This document shows positions 7,698-16,971 of a DNA stretch of 61,126 nt, one piece after another; position 1 is the stretch's first letter, and every line of letters starts with the position of its first letter. This DNA comes from a virus (lineage: Duplodnaviria; Caudoviricetes), in the IMG/VR virus record IMGVR_UViG_3300025305_000017, positions 1-61,126 of that record; one strand, 5' to 3'. The notes beneath the pieces were generated by a model that saw nothing but the letters and a program-made list of their open reading frames with translations, was not told the origin of the DNA and did no database searches. Both the position numbers and the translations under genes were made by a program.

Positions 7698-9456
7698 TCT
7701 TCTCCTCATAGTAACAGCCGGATGGGAGGTCGAAGTCAAGGACACGTTCTCCCTGAGATCCTAACCAACGGTAGCGCTGTTTCCAACAGATAATTTTTAC
7801 ACGCTCACGTTCTTCTTTGGTGTCATCGAAGCGTGCCACCGTGATGCCGGTGTCAGCAAAATTATACCAGTGAGCGCTCCCTGATAAATCATACCCTTTA
7901 GGAACGGGCACATTGCCTTCCTCCCTCCGCATCTTAGCGGGATGTGCAACGAACCACACATGGATATCGTGCAGCTTGGCGAACATGCGCACGTCGGTGA
8001 GCATGTCTGATATCTGCTGTGTCTCTGACTTATCTTTGTTGGGGAGTGCGATGTAGGAATAGGGGTCTATGATCAGCCCGCGCACGCCCATTCGTTGAAC
8101 AGCCGCGCCCGCTCGCTCAAGTATACTGGCAAGCGTGGCCTTCTCCCCCTCATTGTAGTCAATGAAAACAAAATGATCGGCGATGAAATCCTTGGCCTCT
8201 CTCAACGCCTGTTCGTTTAGGCGTGGTGTGGGGCCGTCGAAGAAAGGTTTGCCTGTAAACTTCTCTATCAACTGGGTTATGTGGGTTGCCGGGTCGTTCT
8301 CAAAGCTACATATCGCGAATTTCCACGACCTACTCCGTGCCAAGTTGACCATCACGGCATCCAAGAAACAACTCTTGCCACTCGACGGGATACCTGTGAC
8401 CACCGAAACATGCCCTGTCTTGACAGTGATCAGGTCATCAAGACTCGGGAAGCCCGTGCTTTCCCCGCCAACAATACCCTTACGATAGAGGTCATCGACT
8501 TCAGTTGAATAATGATCGGCGGTATTAAGGCCGCTAAGAGGATAAGGAACCGCGTCGGTGATCGCTTGCGACAGGGCTTCCGCACCGTGCTTAACCAACA
8601 CATCGTTGGCGTCCTTGCAGTCGGGAGGCCATCTTACCAGCCAGCACTTAGCCTTCCCAATTCTTCTGGCGAGTTCCTCAGCAAGTGCGTCACCTTGCGC
8701 GTCTCCGTCGGTCGCTAAAACTATTTTCTCCATGCGTCCGAATAATTCACGCGCTTCCCAAACGTAATTAAATTTCTTGTCCTCGCTTGGATCAACCCTC
8801 CTGTCCGAAAGCTTTGAAGGTGCGCCATTCGGAACAGACACTGCACTGATCTCCTGACCCGTTTCCTCGAATGCACATGTGCAGCTAAGGGCATCGATCT
8901 CTCCCTCGCAAACACACAAGGTGGTCTCACCGTTGATGCGTTGCTCACCGAAGAATGTGTGCGCGCCTCCCCCCGACTGCGTGTGGGCCTTGGCTTCCAC
9001 CGCTCTGAACTTGGTCGCATAGATTTGATCGCCCTCAAAGTAGGGGAAGCCTATGGCTGTGACCTCACGGTCAAGCTTGGGAAAGTATTTCTCGGTGGAG
9101 AACACGCCGAATTGCTGGAGAACGCTCCGTGATATGTGTCGGGTTGTTTCGAGATAAGCAAGAGGCTCATCATCCAGTGCCGCAGCCTCGGCGCGTTTGA
9201 TATCCTGAGGGGGCAGCGGGTCGTGGTGTGGTGTGGTGTGGTGTGGTGTGGTGTGGAACGGAACGCACCCGCTAATGTCACAATGGTGACAGTCGTATAC
9301 GAACCTGTCTTCCTTAATAAGTACACTTAAAACAGGCTCACGTTTGTTGCGCCCCTTCCTGCGGTGTGAGCATTCGGGGCATGTGATTCTAATGTTGGTT
9401 TCAATACGATGAGCAAACGGCTCACAGGCCGCTCTAATAGCGTCATCTAAGTGCAT
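7648..9456 (-). CDS. Primase-helicase (T7 gp4/Twinkle-like)
   Basis: Zn finger CPEC...CHHC; TOPRIM EGEID, DGD and KDAND; SF4 helicase GIPSSGKS, IIDP, VAHP, DLSGS. Confidence 0.93.
   Translation of the reverse strand: MHLDDAIRAACEPFAHRIETNIRITCPECSHRRKGRNKREPVLSVLIKEDRFVYDCHHCDISGCVPFHTTPHHTTPHHDPLPPQDIKRAEAAALDDEPLAYLETTRHISRSVLQQFGVFSTEKYFPKLDREVTAIGFPYFEGDQIYATKFRAVEAKAHTQSGGGAHTFFGEQRINGETTLCVCEGEIDALSCTCAFEETGQEISAVSVPNGAPSKLSDRRVDPSEDKKFNYVWEARELFGRMEKIVLATDGDAQGDALAEELARRIGKAKCWLVRWPPDCKDANDVLVKHGAEALSQAITDAVPYPLSGLNTADHYSTEVDDLYRKGIVGGESTGFPSLDDLITVKTGHVSVVTGIPSSGKSCFLDAVMVNLARSRSWKFAICSFENDPATHITQLIEKFTGKPFFDGPTPRLNEQALREAKDFIADHFVFIDYNEGEKATLASILERAGAAVQRMGVRGLIIDPYSYIALPNKDKSETQQISDMLTDVRMFAKLHDIHVWFVAHPAKMRREEGNVPVPKGYDLSGSAHWYNFADTGITVARFDDTKEERERVKIICWKQRYRWLGSQGERVLDFDLPSGCYYEEKNEVSEWVKEESWWKDL
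9223..9256 (+). repeat. (TGTGG)n pentanucleotide tract in the primase linker
   Basis: GTGG plus six TGTGG units, encoding HTTPHHTTPHH on the - strand. Confidence 0.9.
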
Positions 9457-9518
9457 GTGATACTCCTCTCTCTACCCTTGCGCCTGACTATAAGCTATGT
9501 TAGTTGTTCATTCTACTT

Positions 9519-9815
9519 CTAATCGGGGGCGGCGGGTATCCTCTCTCTCCCCACAACAATCCGCCGCTCCCCCAACCCTTCACGAATCCTTTCAAACCAG
9601 TATCGACGTTGTGCGTTGCCGCGCACCACCAGCTTTCCTACCAACCGTCGCATCTGTACTGGATCCCTCCCCACTAACTGACACACGTCATCGCAGTACT
9701 CAGTCGCGAACCACCCAACAGCCTCTGCTAGGTCACGCTTATTCTTGGCGTGGGCCACGTCCCACAAGGCAGACACCAACACCTCTCGCCACAGCTTGGC
9801 TTCAGCGGAGATCAA
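9519..9815 (-). CDS. Hypothetical phage protein
   Basis: LWREVL..AL.D...AVGWF..VCQL pattern common in phages; TTG start with GAGGT (start uncertain). Confidence 0.55.
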   Translation of the reverse strand: MISAEAKLWREVLVSALWDVAHAKNKRDLAEAVGWFATEYCDDVCQLVGRDPVQMRRLVGKLVVRGNAQRRYWFERIREGLGERRIVVGRERIPAAPD

Positions 9816-10167
9816 CGCTGACCTCAACCCTCGGATCGTCCTTATCAAGCGCCCAATAAATGTGTTTCTCTTTTACTTGTCTATCATTCTGATAGACGCA
9901 CCCCTGCATGGCATCAAGCACCACTGACTCGTCAAGATCAGGACGGCGGGAAGCGTAATAAATTGTCATGGTAACAGATACATCTCCCTCCATGAGGGGA
10001 TCGCACCGTGGAACTTGGAGGCTGAAGGCTTTTAAAAATGACAGAGCTTTAGCACTTTTGATAAAGCGTGGCTTCGATTTGTGCATAACTAGTCTGCGTT
10101 GGTTGGTCTTGCTTGCAGGTTCACCGTGAGCCACAAAAGAAATAGTTGACACATCCTCTCTTTTCAT
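9802..10167 (-). CDS. rusA: RusA-like Holliday junction resolvase
   Basis: GEPASKTN, RRPDLD..VLDAMQG.VY.NDRQV, PRVEV motifs. Confidence 0.85.
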   Translation of the reverse strand: MKREDVSTISFVAHGEPASKTNQRRLVMHKSKPRFIKSAKALSFLKAFSLQVPRCDPLMEGDVSVTMTIYYASRRPDLDESVVLDAMQGCVYQNDRQVKEKHIYWALDKDDPRVEVSVDLR

Positions 10168-10175
10168 CTTATAAC
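10146..10175 (+). promoter_or_regulatory. Putative sigma70 promoter of the recombination operon
   Basis: TTGACA-N18-TATAAC, 17 nt before ATG 10193. Confidence 0.6.
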
Positions 10176-10192
10176 CTCATTGGGAGAGAGAA

Positions 10193-11074
10193 ATGAAAAT
10201 CACTAACAAGTACGAGTTGCCATCAACTATAGTCGATGCGCTGCGTTCCCAGCAAGCCCGATATTCAAAGGGTGATGCTTGGATGTCCGTCACGGGATTG
10301 CAACGTCCTCCCCGCATGTCCGTCCTAACCAAACAACATTGGGGTTCTCTTAGCGAGGACGCCTCCGATGGTGTGTGGAAACTGTTTGGCTCCGCCATTC
10401 ACGAGGTTCTCCAAGAAGGTGAGAGCAACTCCCTGATCAAGGAAGAACGTCTCTTTATGGAGATCGACGGAAAGATTATCAGCGGAGCCATCGACGTGCA
10501 GGAAGTGAGCGACTATGGCATCGCCATTACAGACTGGAAGATGACGAAGGCGCGAAACGTGCAGCCCGATTCGTATTCGATGCGGGGCTGGATTGAACAA
10601 CTAAATAGCTACGCCGCGTTGGTAGAGTTTAACAAAGAGTTCCCCGTCTACGAGCTTGCCGTGTGTGCCATCATCCGTGACCACAATCCCCAACAGAGGG
10701 AGCGTCAGAAAGATTATCCACCGTCGCCTATCCACATGGTGGAAATAGAACTATGGCCCCAAGAGAAGCGGCTGGCATTTATCAAGGATCGCATCGCCGC
10801 TCACGTTGAAGCAGAAGAACTATTCGACGTGACGGGCCTCCTTCCACCATGCACAGATGAGGAGCGCTGGAAGCGTGGCGACAAGTGGGCTGTCATGCCC
10901 AACGAAACGTCCACTAAAGCCTACCGCATTTTTGGTAGCGAAGAAGAAGCCAAGGCGCTGGCAGCCACTAAGGACAAGTATGTCGTGGAGCCTCGCCCAT
11001 CAAGTCCACTCCGGTGCGAGCGTTACTGTAGCGCTGCACCGTTCTGCGACCAATACCAAGGAGAATTGAAATGA
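10193..11074 (+). CDS. PD-(D/E)XK (Cas4/RecB-like) exonuclease
   Basis: G.AIH, GAID...DWK, QLNSY; C-terminal cysteines CERYC...FC. Confidence 0.8.
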   Translation: MKITNKYELPSTIVDALRSQQARYSKGDAWMSVTGLQRPPRMSVLTKQHWGSLSEDASDGVWKLFGSAIHEVLQEGESNSLIKEERLFMEIDGKIISGAIDVQEVSDYGIAITDWKMTKARNVQPDSYSMRGWIEQLNSYAALVEFNKEFPVYELAVCAIIRDHNPQQRERQKDYPPSPIHMVEIELWPQEKRLAFIKDRIAAHVEAEELFDVTGLLPPCTDEERWKRGDKWAVMPNETSTKAYRIFGSEEEAKALAATKDKYVVEPRPSSPLRCERYCSAAPFCDQYQGELK

Positions 11075-11337
11075 ACGCCGATGAGTTCAGAAAGCAAGCT
11101 GCCGAACTAAAGGGTGGCGAAACTATGGTCTATTTTAGCGGGCATCTCGGTGAGGAAGGAGAACGCAGCCGGGATATCTTTGAGTTAGGCCGTGTCGCGT
11201 GGCATTACGCCACCGATATCCACTTTGGAACACTTACCCAACGCCGCAACGGCGACAGGTTTGACTACCTTTTCACTCGTTCCAAGGACAAAACGAAACC
11301 AAGAAGAGATGGGAGAATAGACAATGAAGGGACGTAA
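11071..11337 (+). CDS. Hypothetical protein
   Basis: ATGA overlap, GGAG RBS. Confidence 0.65.
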   Translation: MNADEFRKQAAELKGGETMVYFSGHLGEEGERSRDIFELGRVAWHYATDIHFGTLTQRRNGDRFDYLFTRSKDKTKPRRDGRIDNEGT

Positions 11338-11644
11338 GAACCGCGAGTGCCGCAACCGGCTTCTCGCAGAGAATTATCTACAGCAACGCACGATGGGGCA
11401 GGCGGGGATCATTTCCCGTTTGGGTCAGGCGTTTGGCCTTAACGAGGCATACATCTACAAGCTCCTCGCGATCCATCGTAAGCAGAACCCAGACATATGG
11501 AACGCTCCCGAACAATTATTGATGCAGCCACAAACTCTGCACGGCGAAAGACTGATGGCCTCTAACGCCATCATAGAGCCACACAGGCGGGTAAGCAGGT
11601 GGCAACGGTTCCTCAACAAAATGTCTGTGAAACTAGGAGTATAA
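11324..11644 (+). CDS. Hypothetical (possible HTH) protein
   Basis: Operonic ORF with RBS; helix-turn-helix-like segment. Confidence 0.55.
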   Translation: MKGRKNRECRNRLLAENYLQQRTMGQAGIISRLGQAFGLNEAYIYKLLAIHRKQNPDIWNAPEQLLMQPQTLHGERLMASNAIIEPHRRVSRWQRFLNKMSVKLGV

Positions 11645-11645
11645 G

Positions 11646-12494
11646 ATGGCAGCTAATAAAAAAGTTAAAGAGAAGGCCGAACCCACCTCCGTGTGGGCAA
11701 ATCTTTCGCTCATCGATGTGAGCGGCAGGATCGAAAAGAAGAAGGGAGCCGGGGGCATTACCCTCAGCTACTTATCATGGGCGTGGGCGTGGGGAACACT
11801 AAAGGATTCGTATCCCACAGCCTCATTCGAGAAGCACTGGTTCACCCATGAGAATGGCAGCTTACCTTTCGCCGTTGATGCAGCCGGACATTCATACGTC
11901 AAGGTCACTGTTACTGTGGACGACATCCCAGTAACCGAGACCTACCCCGTCTTGAACTACGCCAACAAGGCGGTGGTTCATCCCGATTCATTTGAGGTCA
12001 ACACAGCCCTGCAACGGTGCCTCGCCAAGGCAATCGCTTATCACGGACTGGGCCACTACATCTATGCGGGTGAAGATCTCCCCCCGGACGCAGCCAAGGC
12101 AGACGACGGCGACGAAGATGTCGGAAACAGTGGTGGTGTGGTGGAACAAGTGGAGAAGTCTGAGTTGACTAAGGCCGTGAAGGAAACATTTCCAGACGCT
12201 GTAACTACTGACATACATCAGGACGATGAACACAAATGTGGGTACGATCCAGATACGAACATGTTCCTGATCGATCCGAAAGAGAAGCCGTCAAAGGCGG
12301 TGGAATACCTCAACGATGCCCTCCCTATGATCGTTGAGAGGATCGACGACATCATGGTGTTAGGGGAGTTTTCTCAGAACCACCTCACCATGTTCAGAAA
12401 GCTGGCTGAGGACACGGGTGTAAAGGTTAAAAGCCTTCCGTTCATAGCCAGCATTAACAAACGCAGAGACGAGCTTGAGAAAGGAACAAAGTAA
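11646..12494 (+). CDS. Single-strand annealing protein (DUF1071/Sak3, Rad52-like)
   Basis: LSYLSWAWAW, PVLNYANK, VNTALQRCLAKAIA.HGLG.YIYAGEDLP. Confidence 0.88.
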   Translation: MAANKKVKEKAEPTSVWANLSLIDVSGRIEKKKGAGGITLSYLSWAWAWGTLKDSYPTASFEKHWFTHENGSLPFAVDAAGHSYVKVTVTVDDIPVTETYPVLNYANKAVVHPDSFEVNTALQRCLAKAIAYHGLGHYIYAGEDLPPDAAKADDGDEDVGNSGGVVEQVEKSELTKAVKETFPDAVTTDIHQDDEHKCGYDPDTNMFLIDPKEKPSKAVEYLNDALPMIVERIDDIMVLGEFSQNHLTMFRKLAEDTGVKVKSLPFIASINKRRDELEKGTK

Positions 12495-12802
12495 TGGCTT
12501 TCGGAAACATTTTCGACAACCGCCCCCTCGCCAACGACGGTAAGTGGCGGCCACAATGGAAGGGCGACATGTCCTTTCGCGAGGTAGATATCAAGTATCT
12601 GGTTGACCAACTAAAGGCGGGGGTCAACGAACCCAAGATGGAAATGCAGGGAGAGGAACGGCAGGGAAAGAAAGGCCCCTACCTTAACATCAAGCTTAAA
12701 CAACCGTGGACTGGAAAATCTTCTCAACCCACCCCTGCTCCCGAACCCAAAAAGGAGAGCGAGGTTGACCTTGATAAAGCTTTTAACTTCGATGATCTCT
12801 AA
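12494..12802 (+). CDS. Putative single-stranded DNA-binding protein
   Basis: P.WKG..GKKGPYLNIKL pattern, Pro-rich linker, acidic tail (FDDL); directly follows the annealing protein. Confidence 0.6.
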   Translation: MAFGNIFDNRPLANDGKWRPQWKGDMSFREVDIKYLVDQLKAGVNEPKMEMQGEERQGKKGPYLNIKLKQPWTGKSSQPTPAPEPKKESEVDLDKAFNFDDL

Positions 12803-13079
12803 GATCAAACGTCTGCGGGACAAGCGTTACCTTGTCCATGTGCGGCAGCAAGCTTGCCTTGCGTGTCGCCGCCCGTGGGCGGGTGACGCCCATCACATCA
12901 TGTTCGCAGAACCAGCCGCCATGAGCATGAAGGTGAGCGACAACTGGGTAGTCCCTTTGTGCAGGAATTGTCACCACGATCTACACATGGCTGGCAATGA
13001 AAAACATTTCTGGGAAGCTGTTGATCGTGACCCCATCGCATGGGCGACCAGTCAATGGAAGGAGTGGAGCAATGCTTGA
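12792..13079 (+). CDS. DUF968-like HNH-type zinc-binding protein
   Basis: YL..VRQQ.CLAC...AHH...KVSD.W.VPLC..CH..LH. Confidence 0.75.
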   Translation: MISKIKRLRDKRYLVHVRQQACLACRRPWAGDAHHIMFAEPAAMSMKVSDNWVVPLCRNCHHDLHMAGNEKHFWEAVDRDPIAWATSQWKEWSNA

Positions 13080-13554
13080 CGAAGAAACATTACGCGAAGC
13101 CATCTTCACGTTTGAAGGCCAGCTTCATAGTGTCACCAACAACATGAAGGCCCAGACGGGGGTGCTGATAAAGATTTTAATACATCCCAACGACGTTCCA
13201 GAGGGGCTGCTTACCCACACCACAGCTACGCGCTTTCGTGTAGCGATGGCCGAGATCGGTGACGACGAACAGCCCGTGGTGCCATCGCACATAGAAGCTG
13301 GCAAGGGCCTCATAGCTAACGCCAGTAAACTGTGCCGTGATGACAGGTTCCAGACCTTCATGGCGACATGGGCTACCAACAATAAGCTTGGCCCCGTAAT
13401 AGAGGACACTCTTGAGGATCAAACCAGAGCATATGTGCGCGCTGCCCTCAACGTAGAGTCTCTCAGTGAACTCAAAGAAAACAAAAGCGTGCAGCGCACC
13501 TTCCGTGCATTGCGTGATGAATTTGAAATGACAACCAACGGAGAGAGTCAATGA
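13072..13554 (+). CDS. Hypothetical protein
   Basis: GGAG RBS; LC.D.RFQ.F motif. Confidence 0.65.
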   Translation: MLDEETLREAIFTFEGQLHSVTNNMKAQTGVLIKILIHPNDVPEGLLTHTTATRFRVAMAEIGDDEQPVVPSHIEAGKGLIANASKLCRDDRFQTFMATWATNNKLGPVIEDTLEDQTRAYVRAALNVESLSELKENKSVQRTFRALRDEFEMTTNGESQ

Positions 13555-13778
13555 GCCAGATGGACAGGCCGCAAAAACTAGGCGGTGAGAACAAGAAGTA
13601 TTCTTTCTTAGCTCCGCGCCACGTTCTTGAGGCGCTTCATATACTAGCAAGGCAGCAACACTGCACCACAGCTACGTTGATGAGGCGCATTATTGAGGAC
13701 TACGTCATGCGATCACCAACCTTTGCCCAGCGTCCCGACCATAACGGGGAGCGGAACGGTGAGCAGACCTCTCTATGA
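13551..13778 (+). CDS. Ribbon-helix-helix DNA-binding protein
   Basis: YSFLAP...EAL..LA......ATLMRRIIEDY pattern. Confidence 0.6.
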   Translation: MSQMDRPQKLGGENKKYSFLAPRHVLEALHILARQQHCTTATLMRRIIEDYVMRSPTFAQRPDHNGERNGEQTSL

Positions 13779-14181
13779 AAGCGAGGAAGACCGCAACCAT
13801 GAAGCTACAATAGCCCAGAAAATTGCATTGGCGTGGGGCTGTGAGATTCATAAGACCCCACCCAAAGCACCTTACGACTACTGTGTCGTAAAGGATGGGC
13901 TGATAAGGGGAGTAGTAGAAATCAAGATGCGGAAGAATACACACGATTATTATGCCACCTTCCTGTTGAGCGTAGACAAGGTCGTGCGCTGCAACCAACA
14001 CGCCCAGCTTATCGGCTGCCCCTTCATCGTCGTGGTTCAATACACAGATGCACTCAAGTGGTGGCGCTTTGCTGAGGGGGAGTACTCCACAGAAATAGGT
14101 GGGCGCTTTGACCGGGGCGATGCTCTGGATGTGGAGCCTGTTATCCATGTACCCCTTCGACACTTCAAGGAGATAGGGTGA
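13759..14181 (+). CDS. PD-(D/E)XK endonuclease-like protein
   Basis: YDY....VVEIKMR motif; GGR.DRGD..D.EPV. Confidence 0.65.
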   Translation: MSRPLYESEEDRNHEATIAQKIALAWGCEIHKTPPKAPYDYCVVKDGLIRGVVEIKMRKNTHDYYATFLLSVDKVVRCNQHAQLIGCPFIVVVQYTDALKWWRFAEGEYSTEIGGRFDRGDALDVEPVIHVPLRHFKEIG

Positions 14182-14987
14182 TGGAGTACATCAGTATAGG
14201 TATAGGGCTACTGCGTCTGTTGTTCGACGCTCATGTCTATGGGGCGTCGGCAGACATCCTTATTGAGGAGTGGGTCTACGGACGTGGGTCATACATCATC
14301 CACTCTGAGATCACCGAAGCACAGGCTTGCGCCAAAGCAGAGTCGAGAGCGAAGCTTGATGCCATACACTCATTCAATGGGGAGTACATTGCCAGCGACA
14401 CCTTCATGGCCTGTAAAGAAAAGGACGACAACGTCGAGTGTCCACTACACACATTCACATGGTCGATGCTTGACGGGTTGATCAGCGGGGTACGCAACAA
14501 GACAGTGCGCGCCACCGAGAACCTAGAAGATCAAAGGATATGCCGTGTCACGCTGGAGGCACGGGTGTCTACGAGACCCGAACCTTTCGATCCCAACTTC
14601 GATTTACAGGTGCGCCTATCAACGGCGACCCTGCGTCATGGCGATCCCCTCACTATAGAGGTCGAGCCGACGCAGCCTATGTACCTCAACATCTTGGTCG
14701 AGGACTACAGCCACACCCTCACCAAAATATTTCCCAACCAGTTTGAAGAGGAGTCGCACACGACAAGTGGGAGGGTCATCCCATCGAGCGAAGCCTATAA
14801 TTTTGTAGCTGAGTTCCCGTCCCACTTATCAGGGAACGACGCGCAGGAGATAGTGCATGTGCTGGGCACACGCGACCCTCTATTACTCCTCGCCCAGTAC
14901 AGCATCGAAGATTTTAACCTCAAGCTTCTTGAGTTACCCAACAGCAAGAAGCGATACGTCAAGAAAGCCTACCGACTTGTTAAATAA
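14178..14987 (+). CDS. Exported protein with DUF4384-like C-terminal domain
   Basis: Hydrophobic N-terminus; GD.L.I.V.....MYL.I....IFPNQF motif. Confidence 0.55.
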   Translation: MMEYISIGIGLLRLLFDAHVYGASADILIEEWVYGRGSYIIHSEITEAQACAKAESRAKLDAIHSFNGEYIASDTFMACKEKDDNVECPLHTFTWSMLDGLISGVRNKTVRATENLEDQRICRVTLEARVSTRPEPFDPNFDLQVRLSTATLRHGDPLTIEVEPTQPMYLNILVEDYSHTLTKIFPNQFEEESHTTSGRVIPSSEAYNFVAEFPSHLSGNDAQEIVHVLGTRDPLLLLAQYSIEDFNLKLLELPNSKKRYVKKAYRLVK

Positions 14988-15036
14988 GTGCAGTTGTAAC
15001 AACACAATCTTAATTCACACAGAAGGATACCACAAA

Positions 15037-15351
15037 ATGGCTACATCAAAAAAAGGACGTGCATCTAAATTGGTTCCCTATTCGGCATTCGAGCAGGGAT
15101 GCCTTGATCTTAATCTCGCCAAGGATAACCTCGCAGCCCAAATGGGTTATTCCAACGGCGTTGCCGTTCACTGGGAGAAGACCGGCTTCATGCCGCGTGT
15201 TGCGGCTATGGCTATCGATAGCCTGCGCAAACGCTCGGGCAGTTGCCAGTCGATGACGACGATGCTGGTTCTGGTCGAGCCTAAGGACATCCAACTGGTC
15301 GAGGGTGTTTTGGACAGTCTCCCCTGCGCTATACAGAAACTACCGATCTAG
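15037..15351 (+). CDS. Putative HTH (Cro/XRE-like) regulator
   Basis: LAAQMGYSNGVAVHWEKTG helix-turn-helix. Confidence 0.6.
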   Translation: MATSKKGRASKLVPYSAFEQGCLDLNLAKDNLAAQMGYSNGVAVHWEKTGFMPRVAAMAIDSLRKRSGSCQSMTTMLVLVEPKDIQLVEGVLDSLPCAIQKLPI

Positions 15352-15368
15352 CGAATGGGAGAAGACAT

Positions 15369-15764
15369 ATGACTGAAGAAGTGAACCATGACCACCTTAA
15401 TTGCCCCATCTGTACCGATGAGGAAGAGATAATACGCTCACAACAAGAAGCTGAAACGCTCCTCCTCCGCAAGCTCAAGTACCCAAGCAAACTTAAGGAA
15501 GAGACTGTACGCGAAGCTATCCGCGTCCTTAGCAAACCACCACCACAACAGGAGAGCGTTATGTCTGATCAGTTAATGATATCTCAGCACCGTATCGCCG
15601 CATTACGCACAGCCTTGGAAGAAATCAAGGACGTGGCACAAGCCAGCGAAGGCGTCGAGTTCTATGCCATGCTAGCTGACAAGGCCCTTACTAGGGACGA
15701 CGACAGTAGCACGCTGGAGAGATCGCCGGACAAGCCCGAAGATCCTGAGGAGCCTGTGCTGTGA
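15369..15764 (+). CDS. Hypothetical protein
   Basis: GGAG RBS, CPIC motif. Confidence 0.6.
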   Translation: MTEEVNHDHLNCPICTDEEEIIRSQQEAETLLLRKLKYPSKLKEETVREAIRVLSKPPPQQESVMSDQLMISQHRIAALRTALEEIKDVAQASEGVEFYAMLADKALTRDDDSSTLERSPDKPEDPEEPVL

Positions 15765-16366
15765 ACATAGTGCTTGGCATCCTCATATACATCACCGTTT
15801 CTTTTCTGCTAGGGGGGTGCTCGTCAACGTCACCCGGTTCTCCAGCAGCATTCCTAGAAAAGCAGGAGGCACGGCTAGAAGCTCGCAAGGAGATGGTCGA
15901 GGAAACCATCGCTGATCTGCCGTCGTGGTTTGTAGAACTACCAAAGGAAGATGGCGCTATCCACTCTGTGGGTAGCGGCACCTCCCCTGACCTTCAGTTC
16001 GCCATCGACAAGAGCATCCTTCATGCCAAGCGTATGCTTGCAGACAGGATAGAGGGACGCTTGAGTTCACAAGTTAAGGAATATCTGACTGAAACGGGGA
16101 GGGAATTGGCACCTGTAGCAGTGACTGATACGGAGCGAGTCACCAAGAACATCATGCGTGAGGTAAATGTGGCTGGGTACAGCCTAAAGGAAATGGAAAT
16201 CCGCCCACACAAAACCTTCTTCCGTGTGTATGTACTGCTGATGTATCCTGTGGGGGAAGCTAACGAGTTGCTTGAACTGCAACGTCAGCGCGCAACCGCT
16301 CTCAACTCTCGGCAACAGGCTGAAGAGGGGTACAAAGAACTGGACAAGGAACGCTTGCGTCAATGA
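15761..16366 (+). CDS. Lipoprotein (LPP20-like)
   Basis: Signal peptide with lipobox LLGG-C; LPSWF, G.G.S.DLQFA.DK...AKR.LA. Confidence 0.7.
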   Translation: MNIVLGILIYITVSFLLGGCSSTSPGSPAAFLEKQEARLEARKEMVEETIADLPSWFVELPKEDGAIHSVGSGTSPDLQFAIDKSILHAKRMLADRIEGRLSSQVKEYLTETGRELAPVAVTDTERVTKNIMREVNVAGYSLKEMEIRPHKTFFRVYVLLMYPVGEANELLELQRQRATALNSRQQAEEGYKELDKERLRQ

Positions 16367-16539
16367 GCAACCCACTCTACCAAAAACCTAAAGGGACAAG
16401 CGTTCTCAAAGAGCGCTTGTGCCTTTTGTGCAAGAGGATCTTTGAAAGTTGGGGTTCCGGCAACAGGATCTGTAGTCGGTGCCGTCAAACCAGTGACTAT
16501 AGAGATCTCAGCTTTGCCGAAACTTACAGGAAAACCTAG
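16363..16539 (+). CDS. Small zinc-finger protein (58 aa, not in the ORF track)
   Basis: MSNP...CLLCKRIFESWGSGNRICSRC; ATGA overlap with the upstream stop. Confidence 0.65.
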   Translation: MSNPLYQKPKGTSVLKERLCLLCKRIFESWGSGNRICSRCRQTSDYRDLSFAETYRKT

Positions 16540-16540
16540 T

Positions 16541-16569
16541 TTGACGATCAGGTAGCAGCTATCTATAGT
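16541..16569 (+). promoter_or_regulatory. Putative sigma70 promoter
   Basis: TTGACG-N17-TATAGT upstream of ATG 16601. Confidence 0.6.
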
Positions 16570-16600
16570 TCAGAAGCTGGCAATAACTTGGAGAATCAAC

Positions 16601-16783
16601 ATGACTTTCCCACGCAAGAGGCCATCGACACCCTCCGCCAAGAGGAAGAGCGCAACCGACGCGCAACCCGGCGGCCATCAGCCGTCACCGCAAGAGAAGC
16701 CCCGGTCAATGATCGACAGATTGATGGACGAAGGGATGACTGAAGAACAGGCCGGAAGAATAATCTCTGATACACTAATGTAA
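16601..16783 (+). CDS. Hypothetical protein
   Basis: GGAG RBS; downstream of the putative promoter. Confidence 0.55.
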   Translation: MTFPRKRPSTPSAKRKSATDAQPGGHQPSPQEKPRSMIDRLMDEGMTEEQAGRIISDTLM

Positions 16784-16803
16784 AGACATCTCGACGGCTC
16801 GCT

Positions 16804-16971
16804 ATGGTAGTTCATTGTCTTACCTGTCAGGGAACAGGACGTGAGATAGTGGAGAAGGTTAAATCTGCTCCTCAAAACTACGACAGGTTTGCGGAGCCGA
16901 TCTACTACGAAGAAGAGGTCGAGTGCGAGGAATGCGAAGGGTCAGGAGTTAATGACTTGCTTCCTCTTTAG
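16804..16971 (+). CDS. Small DnaJ-type zinc-finger protein (55 aa, not in the ORF track)
   Basis: Two CxxCxGxG repeats: CLTCQGTG and CEECEGSG. Confidence 0.65.
   Translation: MVVHCLTCQGTGREIVEKVKSAPQNYDRFAEPIYYEEEVECEECEGSGVNDLLPL

Noticed and set aside
10193-11074. Cas4 as part of a CRISPR-Cas system
   Set aside because: No array or other cas genes; context with the annealing protein and SSB indicates a recombination exonuclease.
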